DNA of 64,000 nt, taken from assembly GCF_009914755.1 (NCBI RefSeq), contig NC_060933.1. One strand, given 5' to 3'. The notes under the pieces were generated by a model that saw only the letters and a program-made list of their open reading frames with translations, made no database searches and was not told the DNA's origin. The stretch is from the human T2T-CHM13v2.0 reference genome, Homo sapiens. Position numbers and translations under genes: made by a program. Numbering within the stretch: the first letter of the stretch is position 1; each line of letters opens with the position of its first letter. Positions 12,640 to 25,255 of the stretch are shown piece by piece.

Positions 12640-12900
12640 ATCATTCATTCAATCAAACTATTTATTGAGCATCTACTATGCACTAGGCTCTGTACTGGGT
12701 TCTGGGGATACAGGGATGAAAAACTCAAATATTGGTCCTTATAGAGATAGCAGGGAAGGCAAACCTTAAATAAATAATTGCAATAATTTTGAAATTACTA
12801 TTTTGCTACAGGCTACACATTAAAAAAAAATCTCCAAGACCAGGAGAATTTTGTTAGAGGGATGGAGAGGAGGTTTCCTAGCATAGGAATTTAGTTAAGC
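12640..12900 (-). mobile_element. L2 3' fragment
   Basis: CATTCATTCAATCAAACTATTTATTGAGCATCTACTATGCAC..TGGGGATACAG. Confidence 0.75.
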
Positions 12901-13299
12901 AGTTTTTCTTGTACTTCAATTATCATAACCACATGGACTTTCTGAAGCTTTCTTCAGAATTTTCAGTAATGCAATAGCCAGGGGAGCCATTAGTTACTTC
13001 CAAGATGGCCACCATGGCACCACAATATTCTACATCAATTCATACTGTGTGTTATTTCCAAATTCTTTCATGAAGATTCCTCCTTGCCAATGAGAGCCTA
13101 AACTATAGCCTTCTTTCTTCTCATCATATTTTACACATTAATACCTAACTGTGCTGAAACCCAATCGATACTTCTGTTCTGAGTTGTTACACAGACCTGC
13201 CTCCTCACTCCAGAAAGCAAAAACATTGCCTGGCACCTGGGCTTGCCTACTCAGATCCTGATTAGTCGGGGGGAAATATCATCCACTCAGCCAGCTTTG

Positions 13300-14119
13300 T
13301 GTGTGGGAATTACTTAGGATAAGGCCCCAGATATATCAGCTACAGGAACCCAAAGATTCACTCAGGGGAGAATGGGAGAATGGGATGGAATGATGAGTTG
13401 AAGTGTTAGTTGGAGTTTGTCCTTGCAGTGACCATTCATTCCCTCTCCAACTCCCACCTCCATTTCCATGCAGGTAGCTGAGGTTTTGTGCTTCCTGTGT
13501 GGAGAGAAATTTGTATTGCCAGGTAGGAAAAAAAAGAAGCTTCCTGAAGATAGCCTCTCCTCCTCTCTTTTATGAAATCTTGAGTCCTTGAGGAGAGTGA
13601 CATAGGCAGTTCAGAGGGGATAGTGGCAGGCATTCCAAAGGGAGTGGTGAAGAAGTTAATGCCTTTGCTGGAAAAGAGGGACAGCAGAGGGGAAATGCTA
13701 TGGCCTGAGTTTGCTAAAGCAGTGGAGGGTTGCTGGGGCTCCACCCACAGCTGGCTCCTTCACATGCCTGGAGAGGCATGGGATACATCCAAGAAGTCCA
13801 ATCCTTAAATACAATTTGTCCTGCCCCCAAACATACCTCAGAATTTCAGAGACCCTAGAACCTCAACCTGCACTAAAGTATCAGAGAAAGACATCCCAAG
13901 CAAGAGTTTATGAAGGATCTACCCCTTCTCGATAAGGACTTTTGCATGATTCTGGAGAAGGGTGAAAAAAGAATGCTAAAAAGCATGAGATTAAATTTCA
14001 CACCAGCCCCGTAGAATAGGCCTTGAAGCTAGATGCGATCTGATATCAGGTAAACAAAGCTTTACGACAGGCTTTCCACGCATACCTGTCTTTGTGGCCT
14101 GAGATTCACACCCACTGCA
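13300..14119 (+). mobile_element. Probable ancient LTR (MamGypLTR-like)
   Basis: GTTAGTTGGAGTTTGTCC and a 3' end CATACCTGTCTTTGTGGCCTGAGATTCACACCCACTGCA resemble recalled MamGypLTR1; left boundary uncertain. Confidence 0.35.
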
Positions 14120-15120
14120 CTTAATCTTTGTTTTTCCACTCTTTACTTTGTACAGCTAAATAATTAATTGCCTAGATAGCCTATCAATATTCCTTTCTTT
14201 AATTGTTAAACATGTGTTAATAATTCAAAAATCTACTGGTGACCTCCCAACACTCATGTGATTTTTGCAGGCCTCAGAGCTCTTTGAAGAAAGTCTGTCA
14301 CTCTTGAGTCTAGCATTGACTAAAAGCTTTTTGGTTTTGTCCTCTCTCTAGAAGGCATCCTGCTTGCCGGCAAGGTCTTGGGGTTAAATGGGAGACAGAG
14401 TTCAAGGATTTTGAGGCTCTGATTCAATTATAGTAAATGAGTACAAGAGAATCAGATATGTCACTGTTCAGTGCATCCGCCCAGACCTTAGGGACATCTT
14501 TTTTCTTTATTTTTTTTAAACTAGAGAACCCCGTCATTGGAAAAACCTCACCCTCAGGATTTTGAGTTGTGCTAAATTTTTTTACACAATTTAGCCCCCA
14601 TTTCAAGCAGAAACGAGAATAAATGAATAATGTGGTCAAATATAGGCTACGGTGGATTAACTATCTGTTTTCTTCTTCCATCTTTTCCCTAAGCTTTTCC
14701 CTCTGTTCTTGAGGCAGTTATGGTGTCATGGTAGTTGAGGGTGGAAGTAGAGGAGCACTTCTTCCTGCTATGAGTTCTTATTACATTTACCAACACTGGG
14801 GATTCTGGGGTGCAACTCTACCAACTTCAGTAGAGATTCTTCTCATAGAAGTCATTCTGGCTACTAGGCCTTTGCCATCATATGCATAGAATATACCATT
14901 TTTAAAATGTAAAGTACCTTAAAAGATAACAAAGTAAAACCCCTCCTTATAAATAAAGAAATTAAGAACAAGAATTGTGTCCAATTAGGATGGTTAAGGA
15001 GAAAACTGGGGCATGAGCCCAAGTATCAATCTAGGGCTCTCTCCATATCATCATGTCTTCAAATCTTCACAAATAATTACACTTTATTTCTACCCCATGT
15101 CCTGAATCTCAGAGCTTTGC

Positions 15121-15144
15121 TTTTTTTTTTTTTTTTTTTTTTTT
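15121..15144. repeat. Poly-T tract (T24)
   Basis: Directly visible. Confidence 0.95.
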
Positions 15145-18100
15145 GCTTGCATCTAATTTTCTCTGTGGCATTTTGGGAGCCCTCCAGTAACTGTGCATCA
15201 GCAGGAAGATTATTTTAAGCTGAAAAATTTCAGTATTCTACAAGCTCTGAATATCATTAATTTCCATATGTTCTTAGGGTTATTAAATGTTTCTCATGTG
15301 TTTTTATCCCTGATATCATTTCCTTCTTGTGTTGTCTGTTTACTGGGACAGTATCGCCTATCCAGGTAAAATTTTCCATTGCTTTAGTGCTCTTCTAGTC
15401 TTAAATGATATTTGACATTTGACATCTGGGTTCTATGCCTGCTGCATGGATGGCTCTGAGCCAGACTTGATTTGCTGCTTTCATCAAACTATTTGTCAGC
15501 CTTTGAAGTTGGGATATGCAGTATTATTCATGTATGATGTCATTGCACTAGGCAGAATTTTAGAAATAAAATGCCCTAAATATTAATGATGAGGAGCACT
15601 TTTGTCAAACACTGAAGATTACCGAAATTAATTGTGGCACTGAGTGCTGAAATGAGATGATGCCTAGTTCTGAGGGGCTCTCCAAAAGCTTCAGTCTCAT
15701 CGCCTGAGCAACTACAGCACCAGAGCTCAGCCTTAGCTTACATCACAAAAGACCTCTCAAACCAGAGGCCCATGCATTTAACTGAATGCAAAAGGTGTTC
15801 AGTAGGCCTGGAATCTTCCCTGAAAATAATCCAAGATTTCTGCGGATGGAACTAAGCACTAAAGGGTCTACCATTTTCTATTCGAAGCACCTCTGAGGGT
15901 GTGCCAAGAGAAAAATTTTAAGAATTCCTAATGCAGACTGAACCCTGAAACCACAGAGCTATGGAAGCTTGGCAACATATCCTTGAGGGAAAAGCACATG
16001 GTGAACCCTTTAAGAGCCTGGGGTATAAACCCCTTTGGCCAAAGACAGAGTGGCCAGTGATCACACTTCCTGCCAAAAAGCTCATGTCTGTGTTTCTGAC
16101 ACAGATAAGATGGTGTTCAGATAAAGAAAAACTCAAAAGCTAAAAAGTACTTTATTTCTTTTATACAAAGCAGCCAACTTCTTTTCACACTGTGAGAAAC
16201 AGACACAGGAAGAATATTTTTACAAATATCATTAAATGTGTTCATTAGTTACCCTTTGCCTGTATACAGGATTTATGTAATAAGTTTCAATTAACAGTGA
16301 GCTAAGAAGAAATCTCACCTATGCACAAACAAGTACATTTCCTTTTGTCAGGTAACCAAAATTAAGTCCCTCATTATGTTTTTAAATTTTGATTGCGTAG
16401 GAACCCACTACTAAAATTAGTGTGAAACTATATTAGCTATTATTAGCCTAGGCTTATCACTTCATACATTACATGAGCTTTAACTTTTTATTCCATAAGT
16501 AGTCTAATTACTTATGTTTCTTTTATTTTAAGCCATTTCAAAGATGCCTTAGAAATAGGTAGGAACTAAGTCATAAATACATTTTTAAAAAACAAATAAT
16601 GACAAACATATTGACCCTGCATTATTTCCTAACTCTGTTGTTTATGCAGATCATAATCAGCTGCCATATACCTGAGCCCATGTAATAAGTCAACCTAATG
16701 GTCTAGCTGGTTGGTTGCTGTGGGAATCCTGCCCAGACACAAGAGAAATGAGTGAGAAGGAAACGAGAGAAATACACAGACTCCCACCCGAGCCCACGTC
16801 ATTGTTTAAGCAGAAAGGCAACAGCCAGGGTTGGACAAGAGCCACCTCATCTGCATAGAAGGACTTCAGATTCACCAATTTTAGAAACATTTAAAGAGCT
16901 GAGGTTGACGGAGTCTGAGTGTATCACACTGCCCACAACGTGGAATGTGTCCAACAGAGTGATGTTCACAGATGCAAAAAGGAAAGATATTTTCCTCTTC
17001 AATTGCATTCTTTTCACAGACATATTTTCTTCTTGAAATGATCTAAAAAGTTTAGAGCCCTGCTTCCTTCCTTTCTTTTTTTTTTTATTTCCTTCCTTCC
17101 CTTCACCCTCTCTCCCTTTCTTAAGATAGAGCCAGATATCAGTGAGATGCAGCAGTGGGTGGTCTTCAGGAGAGCCCAGCAGTTGTTCAGGATTTCAAAC
17201 AGGCTGGAGAGTTCCTTATCCCAGAGTCAGGCCAGCACTGGTGCTCAATAAGGGTGTGTGGAAATCAGTTGAGTGGGTCTTTTCCAGTAATAGAGATTAT
17301 TGAACCCAAGTAGCAATAACATCCACAAAACAATCTACAATGTACCCATTCATTTGAAAACATCAGCCAAATGAGGAGAAAAGTCAATAGCAAACCTTCC
17401 ACAGCTAGACCATTCAGATGTGAGTGTTCTGTAAATGTTCACTTACAAACATAGCCTTTGATTAGAAGGGTGAAGATCAAATAGAGCATTAAACTCAGTC
17501 AATAGAGATCTCTTTTTCTGGTGTGGATCAAGTGCATTGCCTCATTTGAATTCAGATTTGAGTATATTGCTATATTGTGTGAACAATATAAGGTAGCCTG
17601 GGGAGATGGAAAGAGCAATTGCATCCCTCATGCTGAAAGTGCGAAATGCAGTGACAGTCTTTATTAACCTGGGGAAGGTGTTTACGTCCCTTGAAAGACA
17701 CCCTTTAAGTGGTTCTATCATGCTTTAAATAAGTAGGCTCTGATCTCCCCGGCTTGTGCTCTGTACAGTCTGGGACACAGATGACATTACTTTTTAGGAA
17801 GAGGACTGCCTCCAGTGTTATTCTCCCAAGCTACAAATGTGATTTAAAACCTCTCAACCAGCACTTTATCTGTGGCAAGATGCATCGCCTATCCCCTGAG
17901 AAGTCATGAGTGCTGTCTCCCTTTAAGGGCACTTAAAGTGGACTGAAATTGAGTAATCTCTGCAATTTACTATGGCTATTTCCCTCTGGTATAGAATAAA
18001 GTTGGAGATGCTGAGAGCTCAGAGAATCAGAGCAAGCCAAAGGATTTGGGGTTTGGAGAAGAGCCCACCATCATTTCCACTCCTTATAACCACCCACCTT

Positions 18101-18899
18101 ACAGCCACAAATGAAAGAAAAGTATCTGTGCCCACAGATAATTTGAATGATTTCTCTGAATGTGACTCATTTAGATGAAACATATGGAAACTCACTTTGA
18201 CAAAAATGAATGGGGTGGGGGGGGAGGCGGAGGAGCAGGAAGAAAGAAAATAATCCATTTGACTACATTACATCAAAAGCAGGGTTTTCTCAGGATGCTT
18301 CCTCAACATTACTTATATACTCAATGAATTATTCCACATTTATAAAAACAGCTTATGCTCCATTATAAAGACTAAAAATTGTTATGCTTCTTTTCACTTA
18401 GATTCAAAGGAGACAGAAGAAAATATCTAGACCTAACATATGATTAGGTTCTAGAATTTGAAGTACTGAATGTTTTCACTGGGTTGGCTATTCAAATCAA
18501 ATTAATAAGGATCTGCCAAATCTCCACTCCCCTTGGTGTAGTGTAGGTTGCCCCTGTGTTACAAGAGCTATGCTCCATACAGACTTTACCACTTAACCCA
18601 CTGGCTTGACTAGGAAAGTTGTATCGAAGTTATAAATTCGTCATGATGATAACTACTGGCCCAAATGTGGTGGCATGGAAGAAGTTATTCTTATCCTCAA
18701 TATGACACCATCAAATGCATGTGAGAAAGTGGTTATTTATACACAGTACTGTGCAGGATTCTGTGCCAATTAAATTACACAAGTCTAATCCACCCTTATT
18801 TTGAGAAGCATACGGTTGATGGCGAACACTGATAAAGTTACACATTTGAGTTAGAAGCATTCCGTCAAAGAAGGGCTCATGCGTGTTACAGGCAGAATG

Positions 18900-19338
18900 T
18901 GTAGCAAATGTGATCAGTGCCCCTCTCATCATCTCTTTCTACTTTGGATGACTTCCACTAGGATTACCTGCATCTCTGGGCTTGAGAGCTTTTCCAAAGC
19001 CATAGAAGGCCATTCTGTCCACACGTGCAGCCCAGGAGTGCTGGGAATCCACACACCTGGGGAGCAGCCCTCACCCAGTGGCCTGTAGGAGTTAGGATAT
19101 AAACACTCCAGCTCCTTCATCTCTTGAGTAGAATAGTTCTGAGGAATGTGCTTTCCACTACTTCCCAGTTTCCCCCTGGGCTTAAGCTCCAGCCACTCAC
19201 TGCAGTACCTGGTTTACTAATTCACCTGTATTGACTGCCTTCCCATCCCTGCCAATGTTCCCCAAACCTCCCAAAGAAACTCCTTGCACATGAATCTTTG
19301 CATCAGGGTCAGCTTCTGAAGACACCCAAATTAGGACA
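18900..19338 (+). mobile_element. LTR16-family ERVL solo LTR
   Basis: GGGAGCAGCCCTCACCCAGTG..ACCTCCCAAAGAAACTCCTTGCAC..TCAGGGTCAGCTTCTG..CCCAAATTAGGACA. Confidence 0.7.
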
Positions 19339-19559
19339 GGGAAAATCATCCTCTAGATGTGATTAGGAGCAGCACCACTGGGGACCCATGTCCAGACAAA
19401 ATAAAGAGAGGAAGACAGTCATCTCTTCTAGGACCAGTCTTGGGAGGACTCATAGATAGGCTCATGGGGCTGGCACTGTTGCTCATCAATCTCAGAGCAA
19501 TTGTTCCTTCTTCTATAATCAATGGAAACCCATTTGGTTTGGCTGCAACATATTCAAGG

Positions 19560-19949
19560 TAGCTAAGCCCCTCCTGCAGGCCCTGGGATGAATCGAGTAC
19601 ATGCAAGTCAAGCATAACCACCCCATTCCCATTTGCTGATAATCATTAGGAGTGGGCATGTGACTGGGTACCAGCCCATGAGACATAAGTGGAGGAGCTG
19701 AGGAGCTCTTTTTTTCATGGATAAACAAAGACAGCTGGAAAAGTAAAGGGCATCTTTTCTGGCCTCCCCCTTCCTGCCTGCTTGGGGCACCACTGAGTGA
19801 TGTTTGGGGCTGCTGTAGTCATTACCATGAAGGAAAGGTCATTGAGTTTCTCAAGCAACCCTGACCCCTCCTTCTCCAGACCTCATTTCATATGAGATAA
19901 ACATTAGTCAAGGTTTCTTACCTGCACTCAATTTATTCTCATTGATACA
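19560..19949 (+). mobile_element. Old MLT1 (J/K/L-type) MaLR LTR
   Basis: GGGCATGTGAC..CCCATGAGAC, TTGGGGCTGCTGTAGTCAT, ends TGATACA. Confidence 0.55.
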
Positions 19950-20894
19950 GATGGGATTCTGGAAGCCAGCTGAATGAGGAGGGATGGTGTGCAGGGGACA
20001 GGGCTCAAATGTGGCCGTGGAAAGAGAAAGTTCCATAATATATTTTCTTCTATACTTTTCCTTCAGAATGTCCATCACTATGATGACCATAAATTTACTT
20101 GTGTTCTTCTAGTTAAATTTATATCCCTGCCAATGTGTAAGCTCCATGAGGACAGCGATGAAAGCTTTTGGCTGGACATGACATCTTTTTCTCACTACCT
20201 CTCATGATGCCAGATGCATGCTTGTTAAATAAATGAACAAATGCACTAGAGAATAGCTGAGAGGGTGTTCCTCAAGACATGGCCTCAGATGGAAGGTGGG
20301 TGATTTGAGCCCTGCTGAAGAAGTGCTGAGAAGAATTAAGGAATGCTCTTAGCTCTAGATTACAGAGTGATGGGGAAATGGGGAGAGGTTAATGAGACCT
20401 CCAGAAATGGCTGAGAAGGAGACTGCAGGTGGGCTCTATTCAGACTGCAGGATTCCTTGGAGATAAGACCCAAAGGAAGAAAATGGCAGTGGGTGTGGGG
20501 GTAGAAAAGTGAGGGAAGGAGGAAGAAGTGGACACCTGGCCAACTGCGCCCTTTGAAGACAATGGTCATGCCGAGCCTTCTGACTTGGATAATGGAGAGG
20601 ATACTGATATCTTTGAAACAGAAATGGTGGACAAAATAAGAGATGGAGAGAAAAAACAAATCAATAAGTACATGAAAATAGAAGAGTGGTAGCCTGAAAA
20701 AGTCAACAACTCTTAGCTATACTTTATCAAACTTATCATGAGCATTTAGCCTGTTCTTTAAAAAAACAAAGCCCTGGCCCACCACCTGAAATGCCTTCAT
20801 GGCCTATTTGACCTGCCTTTCCTTCAAAACCCCAACATCCTCCTGTTCCAGTTTCCAACAGTTTCTGACTTCTGACACCTGGAAATTTCCTTAC

Positions 20895-21145
20895 AAGAAC
20901 AATAATGGCTAACACAGATAGCATATTTTATGTGAACCATTCTGAATGCCTTACACATATTAACTCATCTACTGATCATTCAGGCTCTGCAACAATTCGA
21001 GAAAGCAGGTTACTATACTATCCCCATTTGAAGCCCAGAGAGATTGAGTAACTTACCCAAGCTCACACAGGTGCTAAGTGGTGGAACTGGGAAACTAGGA
21101 TTTCAAATGTTCCAGAGTATGTGCCCTTAATCACTATGCTGCCTA
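20895..21145 (-). mobile_element. MIR
   Basis: ATCCCCATTTGAAGCCCAGAGAGATTGAGTAACTTACCCAAGCTCACACAG. Confidence 0.75.
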
Positions 21146-22057
21146 TCATTATCTGCATAACATAAGTTACCACTGTGTTGAGATTTTCTTGTAGTCTTTT
21201 TCTGGAGTCACTACTTGTTTCCCAGAGGATAAGGTTTTGAAGATTAGATGGGATTATATTTCAAGTGGGTATCATTTTACAATTCACCTAAAACTTTAAA
21301 AGTGAAAAACTCTGGAGTTAATATTCCATTTTCTCCTGAACGTATAGGTTCTCTTCCCTATAAACCCACTCTGTGCAGTGCCTAACTGCTCAGCACAGTT
21401 TCGGCCTTTAGGGCTGCCCTCGCCCCTGCCTGAACTGCTCCACCACCGGGTTTTCTGGGCACAGGCTCTTTTGGCACTCCCTCACCTCCTTTGAGTCTCA
21501 GCTCAGCTGTCACCGCATCAGTAACAATCTCCTTTGAAATGGCAGCTCCCTTGTTCTTACCGCCTTCTCTCAAGGAGAAAATGGACGGGGAGGAATGGGA
21601 TTCAGCCCATGAAGCAAAAAAGTTATTACCATCATTATAATTGGTGCATTAAAGTTTATGATGTGCTCCAGAGTGGTCACATTATTAAGAGCTGATGCTA
21701 CAGGTTCACGTACCATCAGAGAGGCTGGCTGGGTCATTGCAAGGTCAGGAAGCCCATTCCCTGCCACTTTCAAGCACAACCTACACAGAGTTTTTGTGTC
21801 CTTATTTTAAAGTCCCTTTGGTCACCCGCCTTCAATAACCCAGCAGTTAAGGAGTCATTATTTTGGCTAGAGTGTTTCTGCTTTCCTCTTGTTTGAGGAA
21901 ATAGAGAAGACTTGAGATGTATGTCTTAGTTGTCATGCTTTAAAATTACTGCCAAATTACCCCTTTCCCCTCAAGAAAAAGAGTAGCCCTGAGCCAATAT
22001 ATCTGTCTCCTGACATCTCTACTTGGATGACAGAGAGCATCTCAAATTCCACATGAC

Positions 22058-22560
22058 TGTGGTAGACATATTCTAGTCCTAAAAGCTATTCACATGTCCC
22101 TTCTCCTTTGCTGTCCTCCACCTGTAGAGGGAAGAAAGCTAAAAAACTATGTTTCCAAGCCTCCATTTAGCCAGAGGTGGCCATAAAACTTAGCTCAGGC
22201 ATATATAACACAGGCAAAGTTCCTGAGGAAAGGTCTCTTCTTAAATAAAAAGGAAAAATTTAACAAAGATAAAGTCTTCACCCCTTGGCCCTCCCTCCAA
22301 TTTTGGAGTGCAGGTACTAGGCACACAGCAACCATCTTGAACCAAAAGGAGATGAGCAAAAAGGTGAAGGTCCACACATGAAGGTAGGTAGACCAGTAGG
22401 CTGAAAAGAGCCTGCAGCATCCCTGAATTGTTAAGCTACCCTGCAAGGTCTAGATTGCATAGCCCTGGACTTCCTGTGTTGTGAATCACAGACACCCATA
22501 ACTGTTTCAGCCACTCCAGTAGGTCTTTCTGTTCTTTGAAGCTGACCACCAATATACAGA
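22058..22560 (+). mobile_element. MLT1 (I/J-type) solo LTR nested in L2
   Basis: TGTGGTAG start, AGCCAGAGGTGGCCAT, GCAACCATCTTGAACCA, TGTTTCAGCCACT. Confidence 0.55.
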
Positions 22561-22882
22561 CAAAGAATGAACTCATGAAACCTCCTCTCACCTGCCCTCT
22601 TTCAGTGCTCCTATCTTAGTAAATGACATCTCCATTATGCCAAGCATACAGGCCAGAATCTGGGAATTATCCTTGACACTGTCCCCTCCTTCACTTCCAC
22701 ATCCAACTCATCACTGCCTAAATGTCTCTCTACTAGTTGTCATCTTAACTCCTCACTGCAGACACATCACTGTTCCTCATCAGGGGGATTAAGACAGCCT
22801 CCTTGTTTGTCTTGCTAACCAGGCGAGGTCCTCACTGTAGCTGGCTTCCTTTTCAAATCTAACCATTATAACTCCCCCTCAA

Positions 22883-22889
22883 ACACACA

Positions 22890-22920
<31 letters not shown>

Positions 22921-22933
22921 ACACACACACACA
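22883..22933. repeat. Imperfect (CA)n microsatellite
   Basis: Directly visible. Confidence 0.95.
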
Positions 22934-23624
22934 TTCCTGCTTAAAAGCCTTCTGTGGCTGTCCATATGCTCTGTGATCATGATCTAAATATTTAACATGG
23001 CCTAAAAGGCCCATGGGGCCCATCCCCAGCCCCTCTCCAGCCTTAGTTTGCCCTAGCTTTCCTTTGAGTTTCAGCTGCCCCCACCTTCACTTCTGAGAAA
23101 GCACCTTACTTCTTCCCTCCATGAGGTCTTTGCACAGACTCCTCCCTCTGGCTGGAAAGCTCTTACTCATCGCTACCATTTGCTGGCTGACTCCTGGTCA
23201 GTTCTTCATTCAGAAGACAGCCCTGGCACCTCGGCCTCAGAGAACTTTTCCAAGACTCAGCTCAGGAGTACAGGATCCTTTGTTTAACATGCCCCAGAAA
23301 TGCCTTCGCTCTTTTGGAATTTCTAGTTGTAATTACGCATCCTTAATGGGATTATTTGTTTAATGGTAAATTGTTGAGAGCAGAATTTCTGTCTGATTTT
23401 TTTTGTTTTGTTTTCGCATGGCATCCACCATGCTTAATGTGATGCCAGCACTTAGTAGGTGCTCAATAAATATTTGTTAAACAAAGATTGAATGGAAGAA
23501 GGGCAACTGGCCCATTCAACCAATGTTTAACTAATTGATGATTAACATTATATTCTCTAAACAAAAATGAAACTAAATAACAATATAATCAAGATAATAC
23601 AGACAAGATACTAAGCTTTACTGA

Positions 23625-23936
<312 letters not shown>

Positions 23937-24704
23937 ACTGAGCCATGAACATTTGATGAATCACTGAATTTTGCTCTCTCACCAACAATATCTGTTTCAG
24001 GCCCCACTTCTTCCTAAGGCATGAATGGACTGAGTCAGGCAATGGTGTGGAGCAAACACATGCTCTGGACAGCTAAAGCCAAGCTATGATGATGGGAGTC
24101 CTCACTAGGGCTTAATTCAGATTTTCAGCTTGTGTTGGAAACGTGATCAACTTAGAGAAAGAAGCTGCAGAAGAGGCCCTTCTCCTTTATCCCAAACAAG
24201 CTTCTACCTGAAAATTTCCAACAATCACTCCCTAAACATGCGGTGGCCACTGACTGAGAAAAGCTGTGCGGGAACTTGTTTTTGCAGTTCAGATCCCTCA
24301 TTGGATGACTCAGAAAAATAGCCAGTGGGAGAACTGAAAAGAAAGAAGGTTGGCAGGAAAGATGAAAAACTGTCTTAAGTCAAGAGGGTCTTGGTTTTGA
24401 AAAGACCAAATTTTTCCTCAAGAAGAATATGCTTTTCCTTTCTCAATGGTTCTTTCAGTCATTGGGTCACCAGGATTCCCCTGCTCCCACCTTCACAGCC
24501 AAGCCATGTCTCACAAACAAAGGCAGCAGGGAGTGAGAGAATAAACAGATGCTCATGAGGAAGTCTTGGCCTAGTGACTTGATGAGGGGGATCAGAATGA
24601 AGTACAGAGAAATCAAGTAAATAATATGTAACATGCTTCTAAACCCCCATCCAAACCCACTGAACTTCTTATCCTAGTCCTTATAAGAGGAGGGAATTTT
24701 AATT

Positions 24705-25010
24705 GGCCAGCTGTGGTGGCTCACACCTGTAATCCCAGCACACTGGGAGGCCAAGGTGGGTGGATCACCTGAGGTCAGGAATTCAAGACCAACCTGACCA
24801 ACATGGTGAAACGCTGCCTCTACTAAAAACACACAAAAAATTAGCCTGGCGTGGTGGTGGGTGCCTGTAATCCCAGCTACTCAGGAGGCCACGACAGGAA
24901 AATTGCTTGAACCCGGGAGGCAGAGGTTGCAGTGAGTTGAGATCTGCCACTGCACTCCAGCCTGGGCAATAAGAGCAAAACTCCATCTCAAAAAAATATA
25001 TAATAATAAA
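24705..25010 (+). mobile_element. AluS (Sq/Sx-like)
   Basis: Full dimeric Alu with A-rich tail. Confidence 0.95.
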
Positions 25011-25034
25011 GAAGGAAATTGTACAAATTTTAGG

Positions 25035-25255
25035 GGTCAGAAGCTCTGGGTTCAAGTCTCCACTCTGCCACTTATGAGCTTAGTGACCAAGGCAGGTCAT
25101 TTAACTCCTCTGATTCACTTTTTTAAGTTGCCAAATAGTAGATGGAAACTAGGTGGTAAATAATGGTGGAACCCAAGCCTAACTGTACTGAGAGCCAGTG
25201 AGATCACACATGCAAACACCTTGTATGCATTACAAAGCATATATCCACATTAGTT
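25035..25255 (+). mobile_element. MIR
   Basis: CTGGGTTCAAGTCTCCACTCTGCCACTTA..GTGACCAAGGCAGGTCATTTAAC. Confidence 0.7.

Larger units (their letters stand above)
21990..23490 (+). mobile_element. L2 fragment interrupted by an MLT1 LTR (~22058-22560) and a CA repeat
   Basis: GACATCTCTACTTGGATG..CATCTCAAA, GCCAGAATCTGGGAATTATCCTTGAC, 3' end TAGTAGGTGCTCAATAAATATTTGTT. Confidence 0.7.
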
